Notes under the pieces: model-generated
Told to the model about the DNA's origin: nothing
Seen by the model: the letters and a program-made list of their open reading frames with translations, nothing else
Database searches by the model: none
Translations under genes and position numbers: made by a program
Part shown: piece by piece, positions 53,827 through 63,577 of the stretch
How positions within the stretch are numbered: the first letter of the stretch is position 1
How the letters are laid out: each line of letters starts with the position of its first letter
Virus record (IMG/VR): IMGVR_UViG_3300032931_001151
Span: 124,001-188,000 of that record
Reading direction: 5' to 3' (one strand)
Length of the DNA: 64,000 nt

Positions 53827-54852
53827 ATGGATAAAGTTTTAATATTGACTGGAATGGCCGGATTTATAGGAATGAATGTATTAAAAGAAATGGCAAAAGA
53901 TGAAAATTTTATAAAATCATATAAAGATGTAATTTCTATAGATAAAATGGGATATGCTACCAAATATAACGATGCCGAATATAAAAAAATATGCGATTTG
54001 CATTGTATTAATATAATTAACATAAATATTAACGATTTACCTAAATCTAAATATAAATTAGAATATAAAGACGTTAAATATGATATTTTAGATATGGCTT
54101 CAGAATCGCATGTTGACAATAGCATACTAGATCCCTTTTCAATATATAATCAAAATACATCAATACCAGCAAAGTTACTTGAGTGGATTGGAAAAGAAAA
54201 TTGGAAAAATATTGGAACATATTACCATATTAGCACTGACGAAATATACTCAGAAATACCTTTAAATAAAGTAAATGATGATAAAAATTGGTTTAAAATC
54301 GATGACTCATTTAAGCCGAACAACCCATATTCAGCGTCAAAGGCGGCACAAGATTGTTTCTTAATAGCAATGAGACATACCTTTGGGTTAAATGTCAAAT
54401 TTATTAGGATGGCGAATCAAGTTGGCACATTCCAACATATAGAAAAAATGGTTCCCGCAAGCACATTAAGAATTTTAAAAGGCGAGGCTATAAAGATTTA
54501 TGGAGAGGGATTAAATGTCCGTCAATGGACCCCTGTTAATGTGACGGCTAAAATAATAGTTGATATATTAAGAGAAAAAGTTATCTTTAATGATATATTA
54601 CACATTGCTTATAGATACGGGATATATAACAATAATGAAATTTCAAATTTGATATCGGAATGCATGTTAGACTTTGGGTATAATGCTAAAATAGAATATA
54701 TTGAAGATAGATTGGGGCATGATTCCGCATACGCATTGGATACAACTCCAATAGTTGATGAATATTTTGAAGAAATAATAAACTTCAAAGACTACTTAAA
54801 ATCAACTATTGAGTTCTATGTTAAAAATAAAGAATTATATTTAGGAAAATAA
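53827..54852 (+). CDS. rmlB: dTDP-glucose 4,6-dehydratase
   Basis: 'GMAGFIG', 'DKMGYA', 'ASESHVDNSI', 'ISTDE', 'YSASK', 'GEGLNVRQW', 'DRLGHD'. Confidence 0.9.
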   Translation: MDKVLILTGMAGFIGMNVLKEMAKDENFIKSYKDVISIDKMGYATKYNDAEYKKICDLHCINIINININDLPKSKYKLEYKDVKYDILDMASESHVDNSILDPFSIYNQNTSIPAKLLEWIGKENWKNIGTYYHISTDEIYSEIPLNKVNDDKNWFKIDDSFKPNNPYSASKAAQDCFLIAMRHTFGLNVKFIRMANQVGTFQHIEKMVPASTLRILKGEAIKIYGEGLNVRQWTPVNVTAKIIVDILREKVIFNDILHIAYRYGIYNNNEISNLISECMLDFGYNAKIEYIEDRLGHDSAYALDTTPIVDEYFEEIINFKDYLKSTIEFYVKNKELYLGK

Positions 54853-54853
54853 A

Positions 54854-56152
54854 ATGAAAACCGTAGCACATAAAAATATACATAATTGGTGGGATGGAAA
54901 AGTTATTATTGATGAAGTTAGGGAATATATAGACGATCGAGGATCGTTGACGGAATTGTGGAGAACTGATGACGAGGTAATGTGCGAAGACCCATATTGC
55001 CCGCAAATGTCATATTGGTCAATAACAAAGCCATATGTAATGCGTGGAATGCATCAGCATTCAATGGCTCAATGTGACTGGTTCTATACTTTCAAAAGTA
55101 AAATGGTGTATCAATTATATAACGAAGAAACTAAAGAGATGCGATGCTATTTCACCAATCCTAATGCTATAACAAGAGTTAAAGTGTCGCCCCCTATAAT
55201 TCACGGATATAGATCCCTAGAAAATAGAGATATAGTTACCGCAAATTTCCCATCTTCGCTATTCATGGGGGAGAATAAAAAAGAACCGATTGATGAAATT
55301 AGATGGGAAGATAAATTTAAGGATGTACCCGTAGTCTTCATTTTTGGCGCTAATGGTAGATTGGGTAAAGCTTTAACAAAATCTTTTTTTGATAATATGG
55401 GGTTTTGTACTTATGAGGTAGTTCCATGCTATGAGAAACTTAATAGTGTTGAAGAAGTTTCAAAATTGTTTAAGACACTTGAGGCATTGTTTAAAGGTAG
55501 AAAACTATATTTCTTTAATTGTGCTGCGCTAACAAATGTTCAAGATAAAAATACACTTTTTGATATTTGGGAATGGGCTAATGCTAAAATGCCATCATAT
55601 ATGGCAAACTATTGCGTTGCCAATGATTGGAAATTTATAGGGTTTAGCACGGATTATATATATCAAAATAGCGAAGAAACTAAAAATAATTATACGTTAT
55701 CAAAGAAGTTATTTGAGAAATTAATTGAGACTAATTCAAGAAATGATGGGATATCTATATTAAGAGTAGCAAATCTCTATTCAAAAGACCCTAATGATGT
55801 TCATAATGCCATTATTAAGTTTTGTAATGTTATAAAATCGTGTAAAGAAGCAACTATAGACCCAAAATTAAGTATATTCCCAACAAACGTAGAAATATTA
55901 TCTTTTAAAATTGTTGGATTATTTAAAAATTCATCATTTGATCATATGGATTGCAAGTATTTCAATATAATACCGAAAAAATATAAACTTGATAATTTTA
56001 TATCCACGTTCTTTCCTAACACTCCGATTAAAACTATTGACTCTAAATTAACTCCGTGGGATATAAAATTTGAAACCGATAAAGAGCCAATTAAATTAAA
56101 TATAGGTCAATCGGAAAATGCCATCCAAAATATAATTTCATTAAATAGTTAG
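54854..56152 (+). CDS. rmlCD: Fused dTDP-4-dehydrorhamnose 3,5-epimerase / reductase (RmlC-RmlD)
   Basis: RmlC cupin: 'DDRGSLTELW', 'VMRGMHQH', 'IHGY'. RmlD: 'GANGRLG', 'NCAALTNV', 'STDYIY', 'YTLSK'. Confidence 0.85.
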   Translation: MKTVAHKNIHNWWDGKVIIDEVREYIDDRGSLTELWRTDDEVMCEDPYCPQMSYWSITKPYVMRGMHQHSMAQCDWFYTFKSKMVYQLYNEETKEMRCYFTNPNAITRVKVSPPIIHGYRSLENRDIVTANFPSSLFMGENKKEPIDEIRWEDKFKDVPVVFIFGANGRLGKALTKSFFDNMGFCTYEVVPCYEKLNSVEEVSKLFKTLEALFKGRKLYFFNCAALTNVQDKNTLFDIWEWANAKMPSYMANYCVANDWKFIGFSTDYIYQNSEETKNNYTLSKKLFEKLIETNSRNDGISILRVANLYSKDPNDVHNAIIKFCNVIKSCKEATIDPKLSIFPTNVEILSFKIVGLFKNSSFDHMDCKYFNIIPKKYKLDNFISTFFPNTPIKTIDSKLTPWDIKFETDKEPIKLNIGQSENAIQNIISLNS

Positions 56153-56165
56153 AATGTCATATTAG

Positions 56166-56173
56166 TATAAATA
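56166..56173 (+). promoter_or_regulatory. Late promoter for the lipoprotein gene
   Basis: TATAAATA 22 nt upstream of the ATG. Confidence 0.7.
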
Positions 56174-56194
56174 CTAGTAAAAGGAATTACTATT

Positions 56195-57037
56195 ATGAAA
56201 AATATTAAATATATAGCAATGGGATATTTATTAGCAACAATAACCTTTGTTTTACTTAGTTGTGCTGATAATAGACCCATACAACAACCAGAAACTAAAC
56301 CGGAACAACAAATAGCGACCAATGTTCCGCAAGCACCAAAGGAAACTAAAACTCCATTGGAGCAGAAAATAGATGCTTTACAAAAGCAACTTGATGTATT
56401 AAATACAAAAGCGGATACGGCAGCGTCATCCGGAAATAAAGTAGATCAATTAACTGCCGAAAAAGATGCATTGTTAATAAAAACTCAATTAGCAGAAGCA
56501 TATGCCACGGAATGGAAGAATAACGCTGCCGCCTATAGTAGTCAAGGAAAAGAAAAAGAAAAAGAGTTAGCACAAGCAAAACTTGATGCTTGGAAGGTAA
56601 AACTTTGGTGGATGGCTGGGATTTGTGGGTTTTTAGCTATAGTTAGTGCGGGATTGGCTTGGGGAATGCCATTACTTAGACCTATAGCAAAAAAGGCAGC
56701 AATTATATTTGCGGCTATAGCTGGATTGATGTTATTTGTAGCGGAAAGTATATCAACAATTGCTTGGCTATTAGGATTAGTTCCATATATTATAGGTATT
56801 GCGGTTGTGATAGCAATGATATACATAGTAGTTGGCCTCTATCATTGGTGGTTAGATCACCATAGTTTATCTCAAGTCATACAAGCAATTGATCCTATTA
56901 AAACTCAAGTTTCCAACTTTGGAGAACATATGGAAAAGAATCTTGATTCGTCTTTAATAAAAAATATAGATAAGTATAGAGTTGGATTGGGAATAAAAAA
57001 AGTAAAATCTAAAATTCTAGATATACCGCAAAAGTGA
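56195..57037 (+). CDS. Late lipoprotein with coiled coil and three C-terminal TM helices (spanin/lysis candidate)
   Basis: Signal peptide II 'MKNIKY...FVLLS|C'; coiled coil; three hydrophobic segments; TATAAATA at 56166. Confidence 0.55.
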   Translation: MKNIKYIAMGYLLATITFVLLSCADNRPIQQPETKPEQQIATNVPQAPKETKTPLEQKIDALQKQLDVLNTKADTAASSGNKVDQLTAEKDALLIKTQLAEAYATEWKNNAAAYSSQGKEKEKELAQAKLDAWKVKLWWMAGICGFLAIVSAGLAWGMPLLRPIAKKAAIIFAAIAGLMLFVAESISTIAWLLGLVPYIIGIAVVIAMIYIVVGLYHWWLDHHSLSQVIQAIDPIKTQVSNFGEHMEKNLDSSLIKNIDKYRVGLGIKKVKSKILDIPQK

Positions 57038-57059
57038 AAAATAAATAATTTTATTTATT

Positions 57060-57097
57060 AAAACTCTAGTTAGAAATAACTAGAGTTTTTCTTTTTT
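57060..57097 (+). terminator. Intrinsic terminator
   Basis: AAAACTCTAGTTA/TAACTAGAGTTTT stem plus T-run. Confidence 0.75.
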
Positions 57098-57128
57098 GGA
57101 TATAGTATAGAGGTATATAGGAGATATT

Positions 57129-59009
57129 ATGACTAATGTGAATGATGTAAAGATACTCACCGATAATGACCATGTGTTATTACGAAGTGAAATGTACATT
57201 GGAACTGTTAGTTTAGAAAAACAACCTTTTTTCGTTCCAATAAATGATAAATTTAAAATTAAAGAAATTAATAATATTCCCGGACTATATAAAATAGTAA
57301 ATGAGATAATTGATAATGCTATCGATGAACATCAGAGAGGATTTTGTAGTGAGATTTGGATTTCGGCTGATACCGAAGAAGGAATTTATTCAGTAAAAGA
57401 CAACGGAAGAGGAATAAGCCCGGATAAACATGAGTGTGGCAAACATGTGCCCGAAGTTCTATTCACAATGTTAAGATCTGGTACTAATTTTGATGATAGT
57501 AAAAGAAATACACTGGGAATGAATGGAGTTGGAGCGGCACTAACTAATATATTTTCCACTAAATTTACGGTTGAAATACACCGTGATAACAAAATTTATA
57601 TTCAAACATATTCAAATAATAATAAAGATATCTCGTCGCCCCAAATATTAAAAGAAAAAACGAAACAAACTGGAACAAAAGTAACATTTATCCCCGATCA
57701 AAACATATTCAAAACCACTCTTAACCCGTTATTATTAAAAAAGAGATGTTTAGAGTTGGCCTACATGTTCCCCGAATTAACTATTAATCTTAGAGTTAAT
57801 GGGGAGACGGAAACATATAAAGGAAAAGACTTTGAAGAATTAGTAAAAATGTTTGGTGAAGAATACTATATATTAGATGAAAAGAAACTTGGGGTTAGAT
57901 TAGCCATAGTAAAAGGTGATGGTGAATCGTTCTCACACTTTTCAATAGTAAATGGAGCAGATACTATTAGAGGCGGAACCCACGTTGATTACATAAAAGA
58001 TTGCATAATTGATAAATTAAAAGAAGTCATAAAAAAAGAATATAAATTAGAAGCCACTTCAATTGACCTAGCTAAACATTTACATATTGTTAATTTTCTA
58101 AAAATGAATGCCCCTAGATTTGATAGTCAAACAAAAGAAAAATTGTCATCTTCTAAGGAGGATATTGCTAAGATATACGATCCTTTATTTACGACACGTA
58201 GAATTAATATGATACTTGATTCTATGAAGGGTTTAATAAATCAAATACACGAATCATTAATGTCAAAAAATGAAGCAAGGGAATTAGCGGATCTTAAAAA
58301 AGCACAAAAAGATATAAAATCAAAAAAAGTCGCAAAATTAATTGATTGTTCATCAAAAGATAGAAAAAATTGCACAATATTTCTAACTGAAGGAGATTCG
58401 GCTGTTGCAGGGTTATCGGCTATTAGAGACACTAAACATCATGCGGGTCTACCCTTGAGAGGTAAAGTGCTAAATGTGTCTGGAATGACACCTAAAGATA
58501 TTATAGAAAATAAAGAAATACAAACCCTTATGGGGGTTATTGGATTGGAATTTGGAAAATCTCCTATAACAATATCAAGAGGCAAACCAGATTTGAATGG
58601 TCTGAGATATGGTAATATTTCCATATTGACCGACGCTGACCATGATGGTAGTGCCATTAGGTGTTTATTGATTAATTTTTTCTTTAGATTTTGGCCAGAA
58701 TTATTTGAACATGGGTTTATAACCATTTCAGAGGCTCCGCTATATGAGGTCATAGAAAAGAAATCTGGAAAACAAGAATTTTTTTATGATAAGATAGAAT
58801 TTACTAGTTTCTTAAAAGGAAAGAATTCTTTAGATTATGAAATAAGTTATTTTAAAGGTCTTGGTTCATGTGATAAGAACGGATGGGATTTTTTCATAAA
58901 CAAAAAACCTAAAATGTATAAGGTTGATAAAGACGAGCAATCAAAATCAAAATTATTAATGGCATTTGGAGATGATGCGGATTTAAGAAAGCAATGGCTC
59001 CGTAAATAA
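57129..59009 (+). CDS. gp39: DNA topoisomerase II large subunit (gp39+gp60 equivalent, GyrB/ParE-like)
   Basis: 'EIIDNAIDE', 'DNGRGI', 'GMNGVG', 'TEGDSA', 'PLRGK', 'TDADHDG', 'YFKGLG'. Confidence 0.95.
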   Translation: MTNVNDVKILTDNDHVLLRSEMYIGTVSLEKQPFFVPINDKFKIKEINNIPGLYKIVNEIIDNAIDEHQRGFCSEIWISADTEEGIYSVKDNGRGISPDKHECGKHVPEVLFTMLRSGTNFDDSKRNTLGMNGVGAALTNIFSTKFTVEIHRDNKIYIQTYSNNNKDISSPQILKEKTKQTGTKVTFIPDQNIFKTTLNPLLLKKRCLELAYMFPELTINLRVNGETETYKGKDFEELVKMFGEEYYILDEKKLGVRLAIVKGDGESFSHFSIVNGADTIRGGTHVDYIKDCIIDKLKEVIKKEYKLEATSIDLAKHLHIVNFLKMNAPRFDSQTKEKLSSSKEDIAKIYDPLFTTRRINMILDSMKGLINQIHESLMSKNEARELADLKKAQKDIKSKKVAKLIDCSSKDRKNCTIFLTEGDSAVAGLSAIRDTKHHAGLPLRGKVLNVSGMTPKDIIENKEIQTLMGVIGLEFGKSPITISRGKPDLNGLRYGNISILTDADHDGSAIRCLLINFFFRFWPELFEHGFITISEAPLYEVIEKKSGKQEFFYDKIEFTSFLKGKNSLDYEISYFKGLGSCDKNGWDFFINKKPKMYKVDKDEQSKSKLLMAFGDDADLRKQWLRK

Positions 59010-59064
59010 ACTACTTTTATTCTATGATTTTGGACTTACGATGTGGGTATAAGGAGTTTATAAA

Positions 59065-59838
59065 ATGAGTGAATTTAATATACAAGCGACTCTTACGGAT
59101 AAACAAGCAAAGGACTTTTTTACTCCATTAAACGATATTTTGAGAAATTGTGGCCAAAAAGTTGTAATTAGATTTTTCAAAGAGAAGAAAATAATTATTA
59201 AGACTATTACTGAGCAACGAGATTTAATTCAATTTGTTAACTATAATGATAGTATTTCTTCTCTTTTCAATATAGAGAATGATTATAGAACTGGAATTTA
59301 TGACTTAAGTGAATTTGTTAATCTTTTCAAGATATTTGACACGGGATTAGATTTTAAGTATCACGCAAATGAGAAAAAAATAGAGTTAAGCAATAATGTT
59401 AACGGTGAGGATCAATCCCTTCAATACTATATTTGCGACGAAACTGTAGTCCCAAAGCCACCCGAAGGCATTGATTTTTCGAAGATTACATGGTCCACTT
59501 CATTTGTTTGGAATATCTCTAAATACGATACTCTTTTTAATGCAATGAAGAGTCTTAAATATCCCAATATAATTATAGTAGGAAAGAAGGACGAAAAGCA
59601 TCTAACGGTTTCAATTACCGAAAGTGATATCAAAACTACTACTTTTAAATCAAAGATAAATCTTGATGCTCCTATAGTATCAAGCTTCAATATAATTGTT
59701 GATAAGGCTAAATTCATCAACATAGTATCAAGTAGTATAAAAGAGTTTAATATTAATATATGTGAAAGATTGCTACATTTCAAGGGGAAGTCTGACATTT
59801 GTGATGTAGAATATATGCTTTCACCTTTGAAGAAATGA
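59065..59838 (+). CDS. gp45: Sliding clamp gp45
   Basis: 'GIYDLSEFVNL' motif; immediately upstream of the clamp loader. Confidence 0.75.
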   Translation: MSEFNIQATLTDKQAKDFFTPLNDILRNCGQKVVIRFFKEKKIIIKTITEQRDLIQFVNYNDSISSLFNIENDYRTGIYDLSEFVNLFKIFDTGLDFKYHANEKKIELSNNVNGEDQSLQYYICDETVVPKPPEGIDFSKITWSTSFVWNISKYDTLFNAMKSLKYPNIIIVGKKDEKHLTVSITESDIKTTTFKSKINLDAPIVSSFNIIVDKAKFINIVSSSIKEFNINICERLLHFKGKSDICDVEYMLSPLKK

Positions 59839-59848
59839 GAAATATAAT

Positions 59849-60748
59849 ATGTCCGATTTACTTGTAGAAAAATATAGACCTACTACTTTATCCGATATTA
59901 TTCTATCGGAACAACTTAAAGAGAAGTTTAAAGAATATATTGACCAAAAGTATATTCCTCACATACTTTTAAATGGGCCACCGGGAATAGGGAAAACTAC
60001 GATAGCTAAAATACTAGCTAAAAGTATAACCGAAGATTATTTATTTGTATGTGCGAGCGATCACAATTCGGTTGAGGATATTCGTGGTAAAGTAAAAGGG
60101 TTTTGTATTACGATGGGATTCTCAAAATTTAAAATAGTTATTCTAGATGAATGTGATGCCATATCATTAAATGGCCAAATGATGTTGAGAAATCTAATGG
60201 AAGAGTTTCATGAAACTTGTAGGTTTATATTGACTTGTAATCTTGGAGAGAAAGTTTTAGATGCCGTGAAATCTAGATGTCAATCTTTTGATTTAGTTGC
60301 CCCGGATATGAAAAGTGTTGCTATGAGATGCATGGAGATATTAAAGAGTGAAAATATAAAATGTGATAATAAAGAAGATATTAAATCATTAGTAAAGAGA
60401 TTTTACCCAGATATTAGAAGAGTAATTAATAACTTACAAAAGATGACTACTAACGGGGAGTTTAAATATACAGAATCAAAATCGTTGGAAGACCAAGATA
60501 TACTAATAGAATCTTTAAAAAATGGAGATTTAAAAAAGATATACAAAGAAATTCTCGGCCCTGGTTGCGATTATATATCATTATATAGAATTCTTTTTGA
60601 TAGATGCGACGAGATATCGGAGAGCCAAAAGATAGAAATTATGTTAATTGTTGGCGATTTTCATAAATATCACGGATTGGTAATTGATCCACAGATACAT
60701 TTTAAGACTTGTTTACTAACTATCGCTAAATTAATATTCAAAAAGTAA
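59849..60748 (+). CDS. gp44: Clamp loader large subunit gp44
   Basis: 'VEKYRP', 'GPPGIGKTT', 'ILDECD', 'FILTCN', 'SRC', 'PDIRRVIN'. Confidence 0.95.
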   Translation: MSDLLVEKYRPTTLSDIILSEQLKEKFKEYIDQKYIPHILLNGPPGIGKTTIAKILAKSITEDYLFVCASDHNSVEDIRGKVKGFCITMGFSKFKIVILDECDAISLNGQMMLRNLMEEFHETCRFILTCNLGEKVLDAVKSRCQSFDLVAPDMKSVAMRCMEILKSENIKCDNKEDIKSLVKRFYPDIRRVINNLQKMTTNGEFKYTESKSLEDQDILIESLKNGDLKKIYKEILGPGCDYISLYRILFDRCDEISESQKIEIMLIVGDFHKYHGLVIDPQIHFKTCLLTIAKLIFKK

Positions 60749-60818
60749 TAGTTTTGTGGTAGAATATACAATGGAATTTCTAAAAACTATAAAAAACTTC
60801 TTTAAAAGGACTTTAAAC

Positions 60819-61520
60819 ATGGAATTATATCTTGTTACTATTGATACAACTTTCTCTCAAAAATTAGGGAAGTCTTTGCAAAATTACGGCATTTGCTTGG
60901 CTAGTGATCCCAACAATGCACGAGAAAGATTTATACAACCTCTTCGTACAAGAGTTCCACCCAACGTTCTTGCAGATATATATCCATATGTATATGCCTA
61001 TAAATTGAGTGACATAACAGAAACAATTAATGACCAACATCCTATGTGGGCATATGTTTCTAATTCTCAAAATAGAAGCGTTGGACAACAAACAAAATAT
61101 CCATTTTTTGTACCAGTTCCTAATACAATAGAATCCCCGCCTCCAATTCAAGAAGTCCAACCTACCGCACCCCCAATTCCTATCGTTGAAGAGTTTAAAG
61201 CCCCCGATGGAGTAACGGATCCGGTCCAATTAGCTATGTTGAAGACTATGTATGATATGGCCAAAGAAATAAAGAGCTTAAAATCCGCTCCTTCCAACCC
61301 TCAAACAGGCTCAAAAGTATCAATACTTGATTTGGAGTCCCAATTTCGTGCACCACCTCCAGCATCTATTATGCCGGGGTCTTCACCTCTTAATGTTAAT
61401 TCTATACCCGTTCCACAAGTTCCACATGTTACTTCATTTCCTAAAGGAAAAATTGACCGTGAAACGAAAGCAAGGTTAGAACAAAATATGCGACCAAGTA
61501 ACTTTGAAGTTATAGATTGA
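60819..61520 (+). CDS. Hypothetical Pro-rich protein inserted between gp44 and gp62
   Basis: SD AAGGA before ATG at 60819; TGGTAGAAT upstream. Confidence 0.6.
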   Translation: MELYLVTIDTTFSQKLGKSLQNYGICLASDPNNARERFIQPLRTRVPPNVLADIYPYVYAYKLSDITETINDQHPMWAYVSNSQNRSVGQQTKYPFFVPVPNTIESPPPIQEVQPTAPPIPIVEEFKAPDGVTDPVQLAMLKTMYDMAKEIKSLKSAPSNPQTGSKVSILDLESQFRAPPPASIMPGSSPLNVNSIPVPQVPHVTSFPKGKIDRETKARLEQNMRPSNFEVID

Positions 61521-61531
61521 TATAATAAATT

Positions 61532-61966
61532 ATGGCAAAGCGTGAAGGACTATCAAAGCAAATAAAAGAGAAGCCAACAAATTATCTTTTTGAAATTTTA
61601 AATGATATTAAAGTTTATAAAAAAGGTAATTTGTTGGATATTTCGGAGTATGAAAGAGCATTTGATAAGTTTATAATTATGAAGTTTCTTTCTATGAATG
61701 ACGAAATTTGTGAAATAATTAATTATGTTAATGATTTTCATGATATTTTATCTAAAAAACAACTTTATAAATTACTAATTGAAATAGTTCCTATCACAAA
61801 ATCATATGACCCGTATATAAAGTCGGATGTTGAGGTTATTGAAGATGGGGCAAAGAAAGTTGCGGAATATTACGAATGTTCTCTTAAAGATGCTAATGAA
61901 TATATAAAAATTATGGGGTCAGATTGGTTAGTGCTTTTAAATGGAAAATTTGGACGTACAATATAA
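61532..61966 (+). CDS. gp62: Clamp loader small subunit gp62
   Basis: 'FDKFIIMKFLSM', 'VAEYYECSLKDANEYI'. Confidence 0.8.
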   Translation: MAKREGLSKQIKEKPTNYLFEILNDIKVYKKGNLLDISEYERAFDKFIIMKFLSMNDEICEIINYVNDFHDILSKKQLYKLLIEIVPITKSYDPYIKSDVEVIEDGAKKVAEYYECSLKDANEYIKIMGSDWLVLLNGKFGRTI

Positions 61967-62005
61967 ATAATGATTGATATAAAACCTTATAAGGATTGAA
62001 ATTAT

Positions 62006-62410
62006 ATGAATGATTTAGATATTATTAATAAGATTGGAATAAAAGTTCTTTTAAAGGCCGACTATCCGATAGTGTGTGAAACTCTTGAAAGAATTGGCAT
62101 AGTTAATAAAATCGAAAAAAAGATATTCCCAAGTTGCTATTGTATAAAATATCAAGACCAAGAAGGTAGTGAATGTTATAGAATATGCCACTTCAAGGAG
62201 ATGTTTTTGCTCCAAAATAAAGAATCAACTTTCAATGATCTTGACAAGGTTCGTAGAAATACAATTGGATATTTGCTTCAATCATGGAATCTAATTGAAG
62301 CACTTAATCCGGATGATATTGCAGATATTCTAAATAGAAAAATACCAGTTGTTCCTTACAAAGAAAAGAAAGACTATAGAATAATACATAAATTTAGAAA
62401 TATTCATTAA
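62006..62410 (+). CDS. regA: Translational repressor RegA
   Basis: 'VCETLERIGI', 'ICHFKEMFLL', 'RRNTIGYLLQSWNLI'. Confidence 0.9.
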   Translation: MNDLDIINKIGIKVLLKADYPIVCETLERIGIVNKIEKKIFPSCYCIKYQDQEGSECYRICHFKEMFLLQNKESTFNDLDKVRRNTIGYLLQSWNLIEALNPDDIADILNRKIPVVPYKEKKDYRIIHKFRNIH

Positions 62411-62449
62411 TTCCGTTTTTCCAACAATTTAGTTGGATGTGAAAATATT

Positions 62450-63577
62450 ATGTCATATGTGAAATTACCAAGTTATGCTATTAAAACTTCATTTTTTAGG
62501 GTGATGCATACGCAATCGCCGGTAGAATCCCGTCACTCTTTCTTATTATTAAGTTGTAAATGTCCTCTATGTGGGGACTATAAGAGAAGAATGTACCTAA
62601 GAGAATATCCGGGCGATTATCTTCTATTTTGCCATAATTGTGGATACTCAAGGCCATATGGTCTATATTTAAAAGACGAGAAACCCGATGAAATAGAGAA
62701 TTTAAAAGAATATTTTCTTAAGTCTATTAGCGACGGTTCGGCATTTAAACCTAAATCAAATATAATTGAAAAAGAACCTAAAAGTAAATTTGATGAAGTA
62801 AATTATAAATTAAGAAAGTATTTATCTTTTAGATCATTCCCTATATTTGATGAACAACCTAATGAGAAAAAAGAGAAATTTAGGCAACTATGTCTAAATG
62901 AGATGAAAAGACGAAAAATATCCGAAGAAATCTATTCCGATTTTTATTGCATTACTAAAGGTCCATTAAAGGGATATCTAGGCATTCCATTTTTTGATAG
63001 AGAACAAAAGAATCTTATTCATATTCAAGGTAGAAGAATGTTTAAGCCTAAAGATGAGTATGAGGAAAGTTGTTGTCCAAAGTACCTATTCTTAAAAGAT
63101 TCCGAAGAAGACATTATGCTTGATAAAAAATATATATGGGGACAATGGAACGTTGATAGAAGTAAAGAGGTAATCGTAAATGAGGGAACTCTAAATGCTG
63201 GATTTTACGATAATGGTATAGCAACGTGTGGCGCAAGAGTATCTTCTTCTTTTATATCAAAGTTAAAAACTGAATATCCTAAAAGAATTTGGGCATTTGA
63301 TAATATATGGAACGACGAAACAGGTAGAGAATTAACCATATCATTATTACATTCCGATGAAACGTGTTTTATTATACCAAAGGAATTTAAGGCTAAAGAT
63401 GGAAATGACTTGGCTTTGGAAATGAATGTTGATAAAATTCCTATGGACTTCGTTATGAAGAATACCTATAAAGGAAAGTCGGGACTTATAAAATTGAGCC
63501 TAATGGATGAAAGAATATCTCAAATAATTAAATATCAAATTAAAAATATTGAAAGAAAGAGTAATTATGCAAATTAG
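62450..63577 (+). CDS. gp61: DNA primase gp61
   Basis: 'CPLCGD', 'FCHNCG', 'IPFF...IQGR', 'VNEG', 'FDN', 'KDGND'. Confidence 0.88.
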   Translation: MSYVKLPSYAIKTSFFRVMHTQSPVESRHSFLLLSCKCPLCGDYKRRMYLREYPGDYLLFCHNCGYSRPYGLYLKDEKPDEIENLKEYFLKSISDGSAFKPKSNIIEKEPKSKFDEVNYKLRKYLSFRSFPIFDEQPNEKKEKFRQLCLNEMKRRKISEEIYSDFYCITKGPLKGYLGIPFFDREQKNLIHIQGRRMFKPKDEYEESCCPKYLFLKDSEEDIMLDKKYIWGQWNVDRSKEVIVNEGTLNAGFYDNGIATCGARVSSSFISKLKTEYPKRIWAFDNIWNDETGRELTISLLHSDETCFIIPKEFKAKDGNDLALEMNVDKIPMDFVMKNTYKGKSGLIKLSLMDERISQIIKYQIKNIERKSNYAN

